Origin: Gemmatimonadota bacterium
GTDB taxonomy: Bacteria > Gemmatimonadota > Gemmatimonadetes > Gemmatimonadales > GWC2-71-9
Assembly: GCA_036679605.1 (NCBI GenBank)
Contig: JAZDCZ010000243.1
Location: 1 to 64,000, forward strand
Length of the DNA stretch: 64,000 nucleotides
Reading direction: 5' to 3'
In this document: positions 36,567 to 46,760 of the stretch, one piece after another
Position numbering within the stretch: the stretch's first letter is position 1
Layout of the letters: each line of letters begins with the position of its first letter
Notes under the pieces: model-generated
Databases searched by the model: none
What the model was told of the DNA's origin: nothing
What the model saw: only the letters and a program-made list of their open reading frames with translations
Program-made: the position numbers and the translations under genes

Positions 36567-37988
36567 CTAAGCCCGACTCTCTTTCGCCTTCTGCTGGTAC
36601 CTCTTCCCGATGTTTATGGCCAGGAGCAGCATCAGGATGACCAAACCAATATTGAATATCGCGAAGCCGGACGCGCGCATCGCCAAGTACGTCGTGCCGA
36701 CGAACACCAACGCCGCGGACATGACATCGCCTGCGCGTACGAAAAATGAGTCGATCGCCTGTTTGGCGCTGTATTTTTCTGCCCGCGTCGTCGGGAGGAA
36801 CAACATATTTCGGACGGTATTGTTCAATGAATAGTCTGTAGAATTCTCTGCGGTCTTAACCCACCGAATTGCCGCCAAGACCGGGTAGAACGCCAGAACC
36901 GAATATGCTACGAGGGAGAGGATCGGGAGAATGAGTACGCCAAAACGAACGCCCAGGTACTTCACGATGCGCGAGACCAGGAACAGTTGAATGAGCAATC
37001 CGACGACATTCACAACGCCGAAGAAGTTTGCATAGAAGCGTCCAATGATCTGTTCTACTGAGAGCGCACCCGCGGTTCCATCGGCAACAGCCTGGCGTGC
37101 GGCATCTTCCACTACACTTCCCAGGATATACTCTCCAGTGGTATTCACCCAGTTGATCAGCAGCAACATGAAAGCAATGAGAAGTAGGTAACGATTCCTG
37201 AGCAACAGTTGGAAGGACCCTGATCCCACACGACTCTCGGCAGAGGCAGGTGTCTCCGGTGCTGGATTCTTGCGTTCCTTCACACATGGTAGGGTGGAGG
37301 AGTTTTCCATTTCCTCTCGATGGTCTCTTTCCTTTAAATGATCTCTCTCCTTCTCGCACTCGCATCGATCCACAAACCCGGTGATCTGTACCTCTACAAT
37401 GAGCAGCACCGCGGCCACCAACATGAGCTGGTACACGCCAAGAGGCTCGATCAATTGACCGGCGATCACGGCGCCGAGCACTGCGCCCAAGGATGCACCG
37501 AACGCCACGAGAGGGAAAAGGCGTTCTCCCTGTTCGTTGGTGTAGATGTCGTTGGCGAACGACCAAAACTGCGCCACGATCATCAGATTGAAGATGCCGA
37601 TCCACAGGAAGAAGACGATTCCCAGCGGAACTCCTGCTTGTGCCAGCAGGTAGAAGAGCCCCAGGCAGCCGACGAAGAACGCGGTGACCCAATTTATCAG
37701 CTGTCGTCTTGGCAGCCGCTTTGCGAGTCGGGCGTACAGCGGCACCGCTAACGCCAAGAGTACGACCTGTCCGGCCGACAGGTAGCTCTTCAGTTCGGCC
37801 GAACCTTGCGCCAGAATCAATGCCTCGCGAACCGGCTTGAGGATGTAGTAGGCTGTAAGGATCAAGAATACGTTTAGGGCTAGCATCAGGGCGATGGCGC
37901 CCTCACCAGCGCGCACCTCAGAGAACAAGCCGAGGAATTTCTCCAGCGCGCTTCGTGCAGGTTTTGGTTGCTGGTCAGGACTGCTCAA
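36567..37988 (-). CDS. Npt1/Npt2 (TLC/AAA) family nucleotide transporter 1
   Basis: YYILKPVREAL, QFWSFANDIY, ENSTDYSLNNT..LFLPT..KY.AKQAIDSFFVRAGD. Confidence 0.9.
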   Translation of the reverse strand: MSSPDQQPKPARSALEKFLGLFSEVRAGEGAIALMLALNVFLILTAYYILKPVREALILAQGSAELKSYLSAGQVVLLALAVPLYARLAKRLPRRQLINWVTAFFVGCLGLFYLLAQAGVPLGIVFFLWIGIFNLMIVAQFWSFANDIYTNEQGERLFPLVAFGASLGAVLGAVIAGQLIEPLGVYQLMLVAAVLLIVEVQITGFVDRCECEKERDHLKERDHREEMENSSTLPCVKERKNPAPETPASAESRVGSGSFQLLLRNRYLLLIAFMLLLINWVNTTGEYILGSVVEDAARQAVADGTAGALSVEQIIGRFYANFFGVVNVVGLLIQLFLVSRIVKYLGVRFGVLILPILSLVAYSVLAFYPVLAAIRWVKTAENSTDYSLNNTVRNMLFLPTTRAEKYSAKQAIDSFFVRAGDVMSAALVFVGTTYLAMRASGFAIFNIGLVILMLLLAINIGKRYQQKAKESRA

Positions 37989-38260
37989 ACGAAGCCACCC
38001 TCTCTAGGGTTCGTCTCCTATCTAACTACAACACGTGGTTCAGTGGATTGTGTTCCTCCAGCGACACCCGCGTTTGGAAGCTAATATGGAGCGACCAAGC
38101 TCGCGGGTTCGCCAAGCTCGGAGTTTCGTTGTCAGGAGGGTGCTCCACACTAGTCAGCTGTGGCGCTCTACCTTATGATAGGAAGGTCCATCACCTCAAA
38201 GTGGGATTTGCCGCACAGCCCCAGGAGTGTCACTCAATGTTGTCACAGGAACTAATCTCC

Positions 38261-40855
38261 ATGCGACAAATTGTCTTTGGCACAATGGTGGTAGCTACGT
38301 TTGCCACACTGGGGCAGCTGAACGCTCAGATTGCCAAGTCGCCTCCACCAACGGGGACTGTGACTCACCCGCTGGTACCAGGGGAGCGGTACCGGTCGGG
38401 CGGCTTCCACAAGTTTCTCTTTGGAGGCGAATACCGCGACCTCTGGACCGTTCCGCTGACGGTACCGGTGCTCGATTTCGATGCTGAAGCTGGCGGCTTG
38501 ACGCCCACAACGACGTCCGGATTCGGCCAATCGGTGGCGCTCATTCTTCGCGGGAAAGACAACAAACGCTACGTCCTACGGTCTCTCGACAAGGACCCCT
38601 CTCGTAGGCTGATACCGGAATTGCGTGGGACGTTCGCTGAAAGGATCGTCCAAGATCAGATAAGCTCACTCTTCCCACTTGGCGGCCTAGTGGTGGATCC
38701 GCTCATGGACGCGATCGGGTTGCTGCATTCCAACCATCGCCTAATGGTTGTGCCCGACCACGCCAGTCTTGGGGAATACAGCGACGTCTATGCCGGCATG
38801 GTGGGAATGTTGCTCGAGATTCCTGCTGCGGGGCCGGACAGCGCTGCTGGATTCGCCGGATCGCATCTGTTCGTGGATTCTGAAAAACTTTTCGAGCACC
38901 TTCGGAACGGACCGTGCGACCGAGTGAACGCTCCGGAATATCTCAAGGCTCGCATGCTCGACATACTGGTCGGTGATCGGGACCGTCATGCAGGTCAGTG
39001 GCTGTGGGCGGCGTTCGAGGACGACGGCTGTCGCACCTGGAGAGTGATTCCGCTTGACCGTGATCAGGCCTTTGTGAACTACGATGGTTTTGTAATGTGG
39101 TTGATGCGGACGACTCGGCCGCAGCAGGTTCGATTCGGTCCCGAGTACCCCGACATCGGAGGCCTTACCTTCAATGGTTGGGAAATAGACAGGGCACTGC
39201 TTGCCGAGCTGGACAAACCGATCTGGGACTCCGTAGCCAATTTGATCCAGCGCGAGATCACCGACTCCGTGATTGAGGATGCGGTCAGACGCCTCCCCTC
39301 TGAGCACTATGAGCTGCGGGGCGACTTCCTTGTGGGAAGTCTCAAAGCGCGCCGCGATGCGCTCCACCGAGCAGCCGACCGTTACTATCGAATGATCAAC
39401 AAGTGGACCGATATTTTGGCGACAGATCGGGATGAAATTGCAGAGATCCGGCATTTTGCCAACGGAGACGTCGCAGTGAGCATCGCGTTGCGAGATGGTC
39501 CGTCAAACCCACCAACGGGCGATCCGTACTTTCGCAGAACCTTTCACCCCGACGAAACAAAGGAAGTTCGTCTTTATCTCGGCGGTGGGGACGACCGGGT
39601 CAGGGTCAGTGGGGAAGGGGGGCGCGTCACGATCCGTGTGATCGGCGGTGAGGGTGACGATGTCTTGGCAAACAGATCGGATATAGGGGCCAGACGAACG
39701 CGGTTCTATGATGCCAGTGGCAACAACTCTTTCGAGCGAGGTAAGGGTGCCCGTGTCGACACCAAGTCTTTTGAGCGACCGCCGTCGAAGGACCTGGCTC
39801 ACAAGTACGCTCTCGATTGGGGCGGGGTGCACCTTGTGGCACCGCTCATCTACTTCGATCCGGATGTCGGGTTTCTGTTAGGAGCGTCCACTAGCTTCGA
39901 ACGCTTTGGGTTTCGCAAGACACCGTATACGGCGCGCCACAGCGCAAGCGCGGCGTACGCCACCGGAGTCAAGGCTCCTCACTTGAATTTCAACTCTCGG
40001 ATTCGGAGAATCAGTAAATCGGTGGACGCTGAGTTCGATATTGCTTTCTCGGGCATAGACATCGTGAGGTTTCACGGATTCGGCAATGGCACACAGGCGC
40101 CCGGTCCTAGCTCGTTCTTCCGTGTCGAGCAGTTGCTGCTTGCGGTCTCGCCGATGTTGATCGTTGCGCCCGATGCTCCGATCGAGGTCGGCATCGGGCC
40201 GATTCTCAAGGTTTCGAACATAGAACGCGAGGCGAACTCCAACAGTTTCATCGCCACAAGCCCTCCCTTCGGTATCGGCTCGTTCAGCCAACTGGGCGGA
40301 CAACTTAGGATGGAGCTGGACACGCGCGACATACCGGGGAATGCTACGCGTGGGGTCTTCATCGAGGGCGGTGCTTCGATCTATCCCGAAGTATTGGACG
40401 CCGTAGCTGCGTTCGGTGAGGTCCACGGTGCCGGATCAACCTATCTCAGTGTCAGCATGCCGATGGAACCCACCCTAGCATTGAGGGCCGGCGGTAAGAA
40501 GGTCTGGGGCACGTTCCCGTTTCACGAGGCGGCATACCTCGGCGGGGCCGACAATCTTCGGGGTTTCCGTGAGCAACGCTTTGCGGGTGATGCGGCGGTA
40601 TATGGGAACGCAGAGCTACGCCTTTTCTTGGCGAAGTACGATCTCCTAGTTCCCGGCCGGTTCGGTGTGTTTGGGGTTGCTGATGGTGGGCGCGTATTCT
40701 ACCACAACGATCCCAACGATCCGAACACCCTCCACACAGGCTACGGTGGTGGCATATGGATGACCTTCATCAACCGGCAGCACACACTGAGCGTTGCAGT
40801 GGTCAACGGAGACGATCTGACCGGCGTGTACGTGCGCGGTGGGTTTCTTTTCTGA
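38261..40855 (+). CDS. Omp85/BamA-family barrel fused to an N-terminal atypical kinase-like domain
   Basis: Signal peptide; GDRDRHAGQW and PLDRDQAF motifs; LRGFREQRFAG loop-6 motif; C-terminal Phe. Confidence 0.85.
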   Translation: MRQIVFGTMVVATFATLGQLNAQIAKSPPPTGTVTHPLVPGERYRSGGFHKFLFGGEYRDLWTVPLTVPVLDFDAEAGGLTPTTTSGFGQSVALILRGKDNKRYVLRSLDKDPSRRLIPELRGTFAERIVQDQISSLFPLGGLVVDPLMDAIGLLHSNHRLMVVPDHASLGEYSDVYAGMVGMLLEIPAAGPDSAAGFAGSHLFVDSEKLFEHLRNGPCDRVNAPEYLKARMLDILVGDRDRHAGQWLWAAFEDDGCRTWRVIPLDRDQAFVNYDGFVMWLMRTTRPQQVRFGPEYPDIGGLTFNGWEIDRALLAELDKPIWDSVANLIQREITDSVIEDAVRRLPSEHYELRGDFLVGSLKARRDALHRAADRYYRMINKWTDILATDRDEIAEIRHFANGDVAVSIALRDGPSNPPTGDPYFRRTFHPDETKEVRLYLGGGDDRVRVSGEGGRVTIRVIGGEGDDVLANRSDIGARRTRFYDASGNNSFERGKGARVDTKSFERPPSKDLAHKYALDWGGVHLVAPLIYFDPDVGFLLGASTSFERFGFRKTPYTARHSASAAYATGVKAPHLNFNSRIRRISKSVDAEFDIAFSGIDIVRFHGFGNGTQAPGPSSFFRVEQLLLAVSPMLIVAPDAPIEVGIGPILKVSNIEREANSNSFIATSPPFGIGSFSQLGGQLRMELDTRDIPGNATRGVFIEGGASIYPEVLDAVAAFGEVHGAGSTYLSVSMPMEPTLALRAGGKKVWGTFPFHEAAYLGGADNLRGFREQRFAGDAAVYGNAELRLFLAKYDLLVPGRFGVFGVADGGRVFYHNDPNDPNTLHTGYGGGIWMTFINRQHTLSVAVVNGDDLTGVYVRGGFLF

Positions 40856-40935
40856 ATCTCAAATAGAGTCAGCTGCCGCCCGGAATGTGATTTACCCCTC
40901 CCGCGCAAGCGTCATCCACGTCATCTTATGTGGCC

Positions 40936-43185
40936 ATGTCACACGTGCTCTCCAAACTTGAAACTGCTTTTGGTGACCGCTATCAGGTAGAGCGGGAACT
41001 CGGGCAAGGCGGGATGGCGATCGTCTACCTGGCTCACGATCCAAAGCACGATCGCAAAATCGCCATCAAGGTAATGCGACCGGAACTGGCATCCGAGATC
41101 GGCGCAGAACGTTTCCTGAGGGAGATAAAACTAGCGGCGCGGCTAACACACCCTCATATCCTGCCGCTGCACGATTCGGGTGAGGTCGATGGATTGTTGT
41201 TCTATGTGATGCCGTACATCGAAGGCGAATCCCTGAGAGAACGTCTCGACAGCACCCCCCAATTGCCGTTGGATGAAGCTTTGAAGATCGCCGAGAGTGT
41301 TGCCTCTGCTCTGGATCATGCTCACCGCAACAATGTGGTCCATCGGGACATCAAACCCGAAAACATCCTGATGCACGACGCTGGGGCAATGGTTGCAGAT
41401 TTCGGGATCGGGAAGGCGGTTAGCACCGCGAGTGCTGGTGGCATCACTGAAGCTGGTACAGCGTTGGGTACACCAGCCTATATGAGTCCTGAGCAGGCAA
41501 CTGGCGATACGGAACTCGATGGGCGCTCGGACATCTACAGTCTGGGGTGCGTGGTGTACGAAATGCTCGGTGGCGAGCCACCCTTCACCGGCCCATCTGT
41601 ACAGGCGGTCATCGCGCGACGTCTAATCGATTCAGCGCCCCGCCTGCGGGCGCTCCGGGATGTGCCGGATGCGCTCGACAGGGCCGTTGCTCGTTCGCTC
41701 GCACGGAATCCAGTTGATCGGTATGGCACAGCCGCGGAGTTTGCCAATGCGCTCAGGTCAGCTAGTGCCGAACCTGCGGCCGGCCAAGCCCAATCGATCG
41801 GTGCCGAAGATAAGTCGATCGCTGTGTTGCCCTTCTCTAACATGAGCGCTGACCCCGAGAACGAGTACTTCAGTGATGGCATGACTGAAGAGATCATCAA
41901 CGCGCTCGTCAAGGTCAAAGGGCTCAAGGTGGCTTCTCGAACGTCATCGTTTGCGTACAAGGGCAAGCTTCTGGACGTTCGCGAGATTGGAATGAAGCTC
42001 GGTGCCGGGGCTGTGTTGGAAGGGAGCGTGAGAAAGGCGGGAAACCGGATTCGGATCACAGCACAGCTCATTGACGTGGAGGATGGCTACCACCTTTGGT
42101 CGGAAACATATGATCGTCAACTGGAAGACGTGTTTGCAATCCAGGACGAGATCTCGCATGCGATCGTCGATGCTCTGCGAGTGAAGTTGGTGGGCGTGAG
42201 CAAGCCGCTCGTAGTGCCAGAGACGGAGAACCTTGAGGCGTACACGCTGTACCTCAAAGGTCGCTTCTTTTTCAACAGGTTTACAGAGTCTGACCTGCGT
42301 AGGAGCCTAGACATGTATGCCGAGGCCCTGGAGAAGGACTCTACATATGCTCGGGCGCACGCCGGCATCTCCGATACCTGGATGAACTTGGCTGACGATT
42401 GGCTCCCACCGCGGGAAGCTTATCCCAGATCCAAATCAGCTGCAGAGGAGGCGCTGGTTCTGGACGACTCACTTGCCGAGGCTCGCACTTCGCTTGGGAA
42501 GGTCATTGCTTGGTACGACTGGGATTTTGAGACAGCAGAGGCTGAGGTTCTTCGGGTGATCGAACTAGATCCGGCGTATGGAGAAGCGCACTTCGCTCTT
42601 GGTACGCTCCTTCCTGCGATGGGTCGTACGACTGAGGCGGTCGCCGCCATGAGGCGAGCATTTGCTCATGATCCACTGTGTGCTGGGTACAGCCGTTGGC
42701 TTGCGCGCATGTTGTTGTTTAACCACGAATATGAAGAGGGTATCCAGCTCATACAGCGTACGCTCGAACTTGATCAAAGTTATTCGAGAGCGTACCTCGA
42801 CCTGGGTAATGCATACTTGCTACAAGGGGACCCCGAGAAAGCCTTGGCGTCTTACCAGCAGGGACAGATCATCGAGGGTAGTGTGATTTCGTTCAACGCC
42901 TCCGCAGCACGAGCGCTGGCGGCGATGGGCAAGGAAGACGAAGTGCGACGGACGCTCGATGAATTGGAGGAGCTATCGCAGGAACGATATATTCGGGCTG
43001 AGGTGGTTGCCGCTGGGTACGCTGCCATCGGGGAAGTCGATCAAGCTTTCAAATGGCTTGACGAGGCACTCGAAGCTCGTTCCGCCGGACTAATTTATCT
43101 CGCGGTGGATCCTGCATATACCACGCTTCGCTCCGATTCGCGGTTTGAAGCGCTTACTGCCAAGGTCGGCGTAACAGATCGGTAG
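40936..43185 (+). CDS. Cytoplasmic Ser/Thr kinase with TolB-N-like and TPR domains
   Basis: HRDIKPEN, DFG, SIAVLPFSNMS..EYFSDGMTEE, TPR helices, LRSDSRF end. Confidence 0.95.
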   Translation: MSHVLSKLETAFGDRYQVERELGQGGMAIVYLAHDPKHDRKIAIKVMRPELASEIGAERFLREIKLAARLTHPHILPLHDSGEVDGLLFYVMPYIEGESLRERLDSTPQLPLDEALKIAESVASALDHAHRNNVVHRDIKPENILMHDAGAMVADFGIGKAVSTASAGGITEAGTALGTPAYMSPEQATGDTELDGRSDIYSLGCVVYEMLGGEPPFTGPSVQAVIARRLIDSAPRLRALRDVPDALDRAVARSLARNPVDRYGTAAEFANALRSASAEPAAGQAQSIGAEDKSIAVLPFSNMSADPENEYFSDGMTEEIINALVKVKGLKVASRTSSFAYKGKLLDVREIGMKLGAGAVLEGSVRKAGNRIRITAQLIDVEDGYHLWSETYDRQLEDVFAIQDEISHAIVDALRVKLVGVSKPLVVPETENLEAYTLYLKGRFFFNRFTESDLRRSLDMYAEALEKDSTYARAHAGISDTWMNLADDWLPPREAYPRSKSAAEEALVLDDSLAEARTSLGKVIAWYDWDFETAEAEVLRVIELDPAYGEAHFALGTLLPAMGRTTEAVAAMRRAFAHDPLCAGYSRWLARMLLFNHEYEEGIQLIQRTLELDQSYSRAYLDLGNAYLLQGDPEKALASYQQGQIIEGSVISFNASAARALAAMGKEDEVRRTLDELEELSQERYIRAEVVAAGYAAIGEVDQAFKWLDEALEARSAGLIYLAVDPAYTTLRSDSRFEALTAKVGVTDR

Positions 43186-43206
43186 ACTGACCACGGCATT
43201 GTACTT

Positions 43207-44853
43207 CTAGATCTCACCCCGCCGCGCGAATCCCGCGATGTGCTCGGCTGCTCTATACGCCAATGCTTGGATTGTTTCGGTGGGTTGTCCGCGGCCACCT
43301 GTTACCAAACTGCTTCCGTCGCACAGGAAAAGATTCGGCACGTCGTGCGTGCGATGATACTTGTCGACCACGGAGGTCTTCGGATCGTTGCCCATCCTGC
43401 ACGTGCCGAGCAGGTGGTATCCAATCCGCTGCTCAAAGCTGGTCGGCCCCCAGGTCCGTGACGCGCCGGCGGCCTCCATGATCTCGAGCGCACGCTCCAC
43501 GAAGAACTTGATCGTTGCGATGTCGTCGGGATGATCCTTATACGTAACGCGCAGGGCCGGTAATCCCCACGCGTCCCTGAGTTCGGGATCAAGCTCGATG
43601 CGGTTGGTGGGGACGGGCAACGAAGTGCTGTGCACGTCGGTGTTCATCATGCGTGAGTAGTGATGGTGTAGCATGCTCTTGTACTCGGCGCCCCACGTAG
43701 GCGCGTCGGGCGGGAGGCCACCGTTGGCGACGAGTAGCGGGTACCCCCAGTAGCGCGCGTCGACACCGCCGCCGCCGTAGAAACCGCGCTTAGGATCGGT
43801 TTCGTAGAAGTCCCAGATCATGCGCGTCGCCATCACGCTCTTCCAGTCGTTCAATGGCCGCTCGAACACGCCGGTGGTTGACGCATTCCCGTTGAACATG
43901 AGATGCGTGCCGACGATGCCGCTGGAGTTGGCGAGACCGTCGGGAAACATGTTGCTCTTGGACATAAACAGCAGGCGCGGTGTCTCCGATCCGTTGGCGC
44001 TCACGATCACCGCTCGCGCCGGTTGAAAATGTTCTACCCTCTCGGCATCGAAATAGACCACGCCTGTAGTCCTTCCGGCCTTGTCGATCTCGATTTTGCG
44101 GACGTAACTCCCGGACCGCACTTCGCAGCGACCGGTCGCTTCGGCTTCGGGTATCGTGGTGAACAGCGTCGACGACTTGGCGCGGTGCTCGCAACCAAAC
44201 CCAGAGCAGTAGCCACAGTGTTGGCATGCAGAGCGTCCCTTGTACGGTTGGGAAATGATACACATCGGAGCAACCTGCGGATGGAATCCAAGCGAGCGAG
44301 CGCCGCGCTCGAACAGGACTCCGGAACTCTTGACTGGGAGTGGCGGTGTAGGGTACCCGCGCGATCGCGGCGGGTCGAACGGGCCCTGCTCACCGGAAAC
44401 GCCCAAGTCCCACTCGGCCTTGGTGTAGTACGGTTCCAGTTCTTCGTACGTGATCGGCCAGTCAGCGAACCCGGTCCCTGAAATGGGGCCCAGTAGGCTC
44501 CGTTCCTTGAAGTCGATTGGCTTGAAGCGCCAATAGTTGGATGTGAACATGACGCTGCCGCCGCCCACCAGCCGATGGTATACCACGCCGCCGGTGCCCT
44601 GTTCGGGCTTCGCATCGGGGCCGGCCTTGAACATTTGCGGTTGCAGGTCGGGCCGGTTGTTGAGCCAGCTCTGAAAGAAATACTTGAACTCGTCGTGCTC
44701 GAAATCCTTTGCCTCGAGTCGCGGCCCCTGCTCGAGCACCAGCACGGTGAATCCGGCTACTGACAACTCCTTGGCCAACACACCGCCGGCTGCACCCGAG
44801 CCTACTATTAGAAAATCGACCGTTGTGCCCTGCGGAAATTCTGCGTTGCTCAT
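43207..44853 (-). CDS. GMC oxidoreductase, gluconate 2-dehydrogenase-like flavoprotein subunit
   Basis: VGSGAAGG, CQHCGYCSGFGC cluster motif, HLLGTCRMG, PTETIQALA. Confidence 0.9.
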   Translation of the reverse strand: MSNAEFPQGTTVDFLIVGSGAAGGVLAKELSVAGFTVLVLEQGPRLEAKDFEHDEFKYFFQSWLNNRPDLQPQMFKAGPDAKPEQGTGGVVYHRLVGGGSVMFTSNYWRFKPIDFKERSLLGPISGTGFADWPITYEELEPYYTKAEWDLGVSGEQGPFDPPRSRGYPTPPLPVKSSGVLFERGARSLGFHPQVAPMCIISQPYKGRSACQHCGYCSGFGCEHRAKSSTLFTTIPEAEATGRCEVRSGSYVRKIEIDKAGRTTGVVYFDAERVEHFQPARAVIVSANGSETPRLLFMSKSNMFPDGLANSSGIVGTHLMFNGNASTTGVFERPLNDWKSVMATRMIWDFYETDPKRGFYGGGGVDARYWGYPLLVANGGLPPDAPTWGAEYKSMLHHHYSRMMNTDVHSTSLPVPTNRIELDPELRDAWGLPALRVTYKDHPDDIATIKFFVERALEIMEAAGASRTWGPTSFEQRIGYHLLGTCRMGNDPKTSVVDKYHRTHDVPNLFLCDGSSLVTGGRGQPTETIQALAYRAAEHIAGFARRGEI

Positions 44854-45431
44854 CGTCCCATCTCCTCGGCGTCGTAAGCGCCAAAGGGCGGCCGCCACAC
44901 AAAGCGCGGTTCAAATCCGATTATTTTCCACCCTGCGCCCTCATAGTTCCCACCCCATTGCGGATGCGCAAACGTCCCCGTGATTACCCCAATCCTCACC
45001 TGCCCAAAGAACGGTGTGTCCTGGATCTCTCGGAGAATTTCAAGTTGGCGGTCGCTGGATAATTCGGCGATCCGCGCGGTGCCCGGCCAACGCTGTGCAA
45101 CTTTCTGGTTGAGATCTCCCAACCCGTCGAGCAGTGCATCCTTCTGGCCGGCCTGGAAAGTGGCAAGCGCCCGGTCGATAAAGACCACGGCTCGCGCCTC
45201 TTTTGCGCCCGGCAGGTCATCATCGGTTGGTATGATCTGGGCGGCGATGGCCTCGATGTCTGCCGCCTGATCGGTGGTCAGCACATCGTAGCGAACCGGC
45301 TCGCCCTGCTCCGCAGCCCGGGCCGCTGCCATGGCCTGCATGAATGCGTGCGGGTCCGTACCGAGCCAGCCGGCGGCAAGGGCGCCGCTGGCCGCTAGGA
45401 ATTCTCGTCTTGAAGTGGTCGAATCGGTCAT
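44850..45431 (-). CDS. Gluconate 2-dehydrogenase subunit 3 family (Tat carrier)
   Basis: SRREFL, IIP..D.PGA..A....FID..L, P.WGGN....GW..IGF. Confidence 0.88.
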   Translation of the reverse strand: MTDSTTSRREFLAASGALAAGWLGTDPHAFMQAMAAARAAEQGEPVRYDVLTTDQAADIEAIAAQIIPTDDDLPGAKEARAVVFIDRALATFQAGQKDALLDGLGDLNQKVAQRWPGTARIAELSSDRQLEILREIQDTPFFGQVRIGVITGTFAHPQWGGNYEGAGWKIIGFEPRFVWRPPFGAYDAEEMGR

Positions 45432-45638
45432 GAGTTGAGTTGGTTGAGGACGAATCAAAGTGCACTCTAACGGGCAAGTCGGCTAGTGCGCATCAGAAAC
45501 TCTGCAACCCCCCTCGTTGTGCTTAGTTCCAAACAAGGTCCCATTTGCCTTCGGGTTCCCGATCTCGTAAGATCAGTTCTGGAAAGTGCACTTGATCAAC
45601 CAAGTGGAGAGCCTGAAACACTACTGAGGAGTACTGTG

Positions 45639-46730
45639 ATGAGCAGCCAAAAGCCTGAGGGAGATCGCCGAGATTTTTTTCGCCGTAGTATTGGATTGGG
45701 AGCCGGTGCGTTCGTTTTCGGACGCTGGCCGGAGGACCTGCTACGGCCCCGACCGTCGGCCAAGGCGACCCCGCTCATAATCACCAGTCACTCCAATCAA
45801 ACAGGGCAGAATGCCATGAGAGCGGCATGGGAGATCTTGGGCTCCGGTGGCTCTGCCCTCGACTCGGTGGAGAAGGGGGCCAACGTAATCGAAGTGGATC
45901 CAGAGGACACGAGCGTCGGTTATGGCGGTCTGCCCAATGAGAACGGTGTGGTTCAACTAGACGCGTCGATTATGGACGGGAAGACCTATAATGCCGGCTC
46001 GGTGGCGTCCCTCGAGAACATCAAGACGCCTGCATCGGTAGCCCGACTCGTGATGGAACGTACGGACCACGTAATGTTGGTAGGTAAGGGCGCGCTCGAA
46101 TTCGCGAAATCTTTCGGCTTCAAGGAAGAAAACCTTCTTACCGAGAAGGCTCGGAACATTTGGCTACGTTGGCGCGAGCGGCGTAGCGCAACGGACGACT
46201 GGGGACCGCCGGATCATTTGAGAAAACCGTCGGGTGAAGAAATGGGTCGCATGCTCGAGGGACCGGACGACTTTCACTACGGCACCACCAACGTTTTGGC
46301 TGTGGATGCAAACGGCGATGTTGCCGGTATCACGACCACGAGCGGTCTGAGCTGGAAGATCGATGGCCGGATCGGTGACTCACCTATCATCGGGGCGGGA
46401 CTCTACGTCGACAACGACGTCGGTGCCGCCGGGGTAACGGGACGAGGAGAGGACGTTATCAAGTCATGCGCATCGTACTTCATCGTAATGCGGATGGGGG
46501 CAGGGCGGTCTCCGCAGGAAGCGTGCGAAGATGCGATCGAGATGATCGTGCACAAGTACCGTAACGTGAATCCGAGCTTTGTGCCGGGTGAGAAATTCGT
46601 AGCCATCAATCGGGCTGGAGAGTACGGTGCCGCTTCAATGGGCAGCCGCCGCGTACCGAAAATGTCGGTCCGTAACGACAGCGGACTAGAGATTTTTGAG
46701 GGGACTACGAGTTACGCGCCGACGGGATAA
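45639..46730 (+). CDS. Tat-exported glycosylasparaginase / Ntn-type asparaginase 2
   Basis: RRDFF, SVGYGGLPN, LDASIMDG, GT nucleophile, GRIGDSPIIGAG. Confidence 0.9.
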   Translation: MSSQKPEGDRRDFFRRSIGLGAGAFVFGRWPEDLLRPRPSAKATPLIITSHSNQTGQNAMRAAWEILGSGGSALDSVEKGANVIEVDPEDTSVGYGGLPNENGVVQLDASIMDGKTYNAGSVASLENIKTPASVARLVMERTDHVMLVGKGALEFAKSFGFKEENLLTEKARNIWLRWRERRSATDDWGPPDHLRKPSGEEMGRMLEGPDDFHYGTTNVLAVDANGDVAGITTTSGLSWKIDGRIGDSPIIGAGLYVDNDVGAAGVTGRGEDVIKSCASYFIVMRMGAGRSPQEACEDAIEMIVHKYRNVNPSFVPGEKFVAINRAGEYGAASMGSRRVPKMSVRNDSGLEIFEGTTSYAPTG

Positions 46731-46760
46731 TCGGAGAATCTGATCTCGTAGACGTTAACC

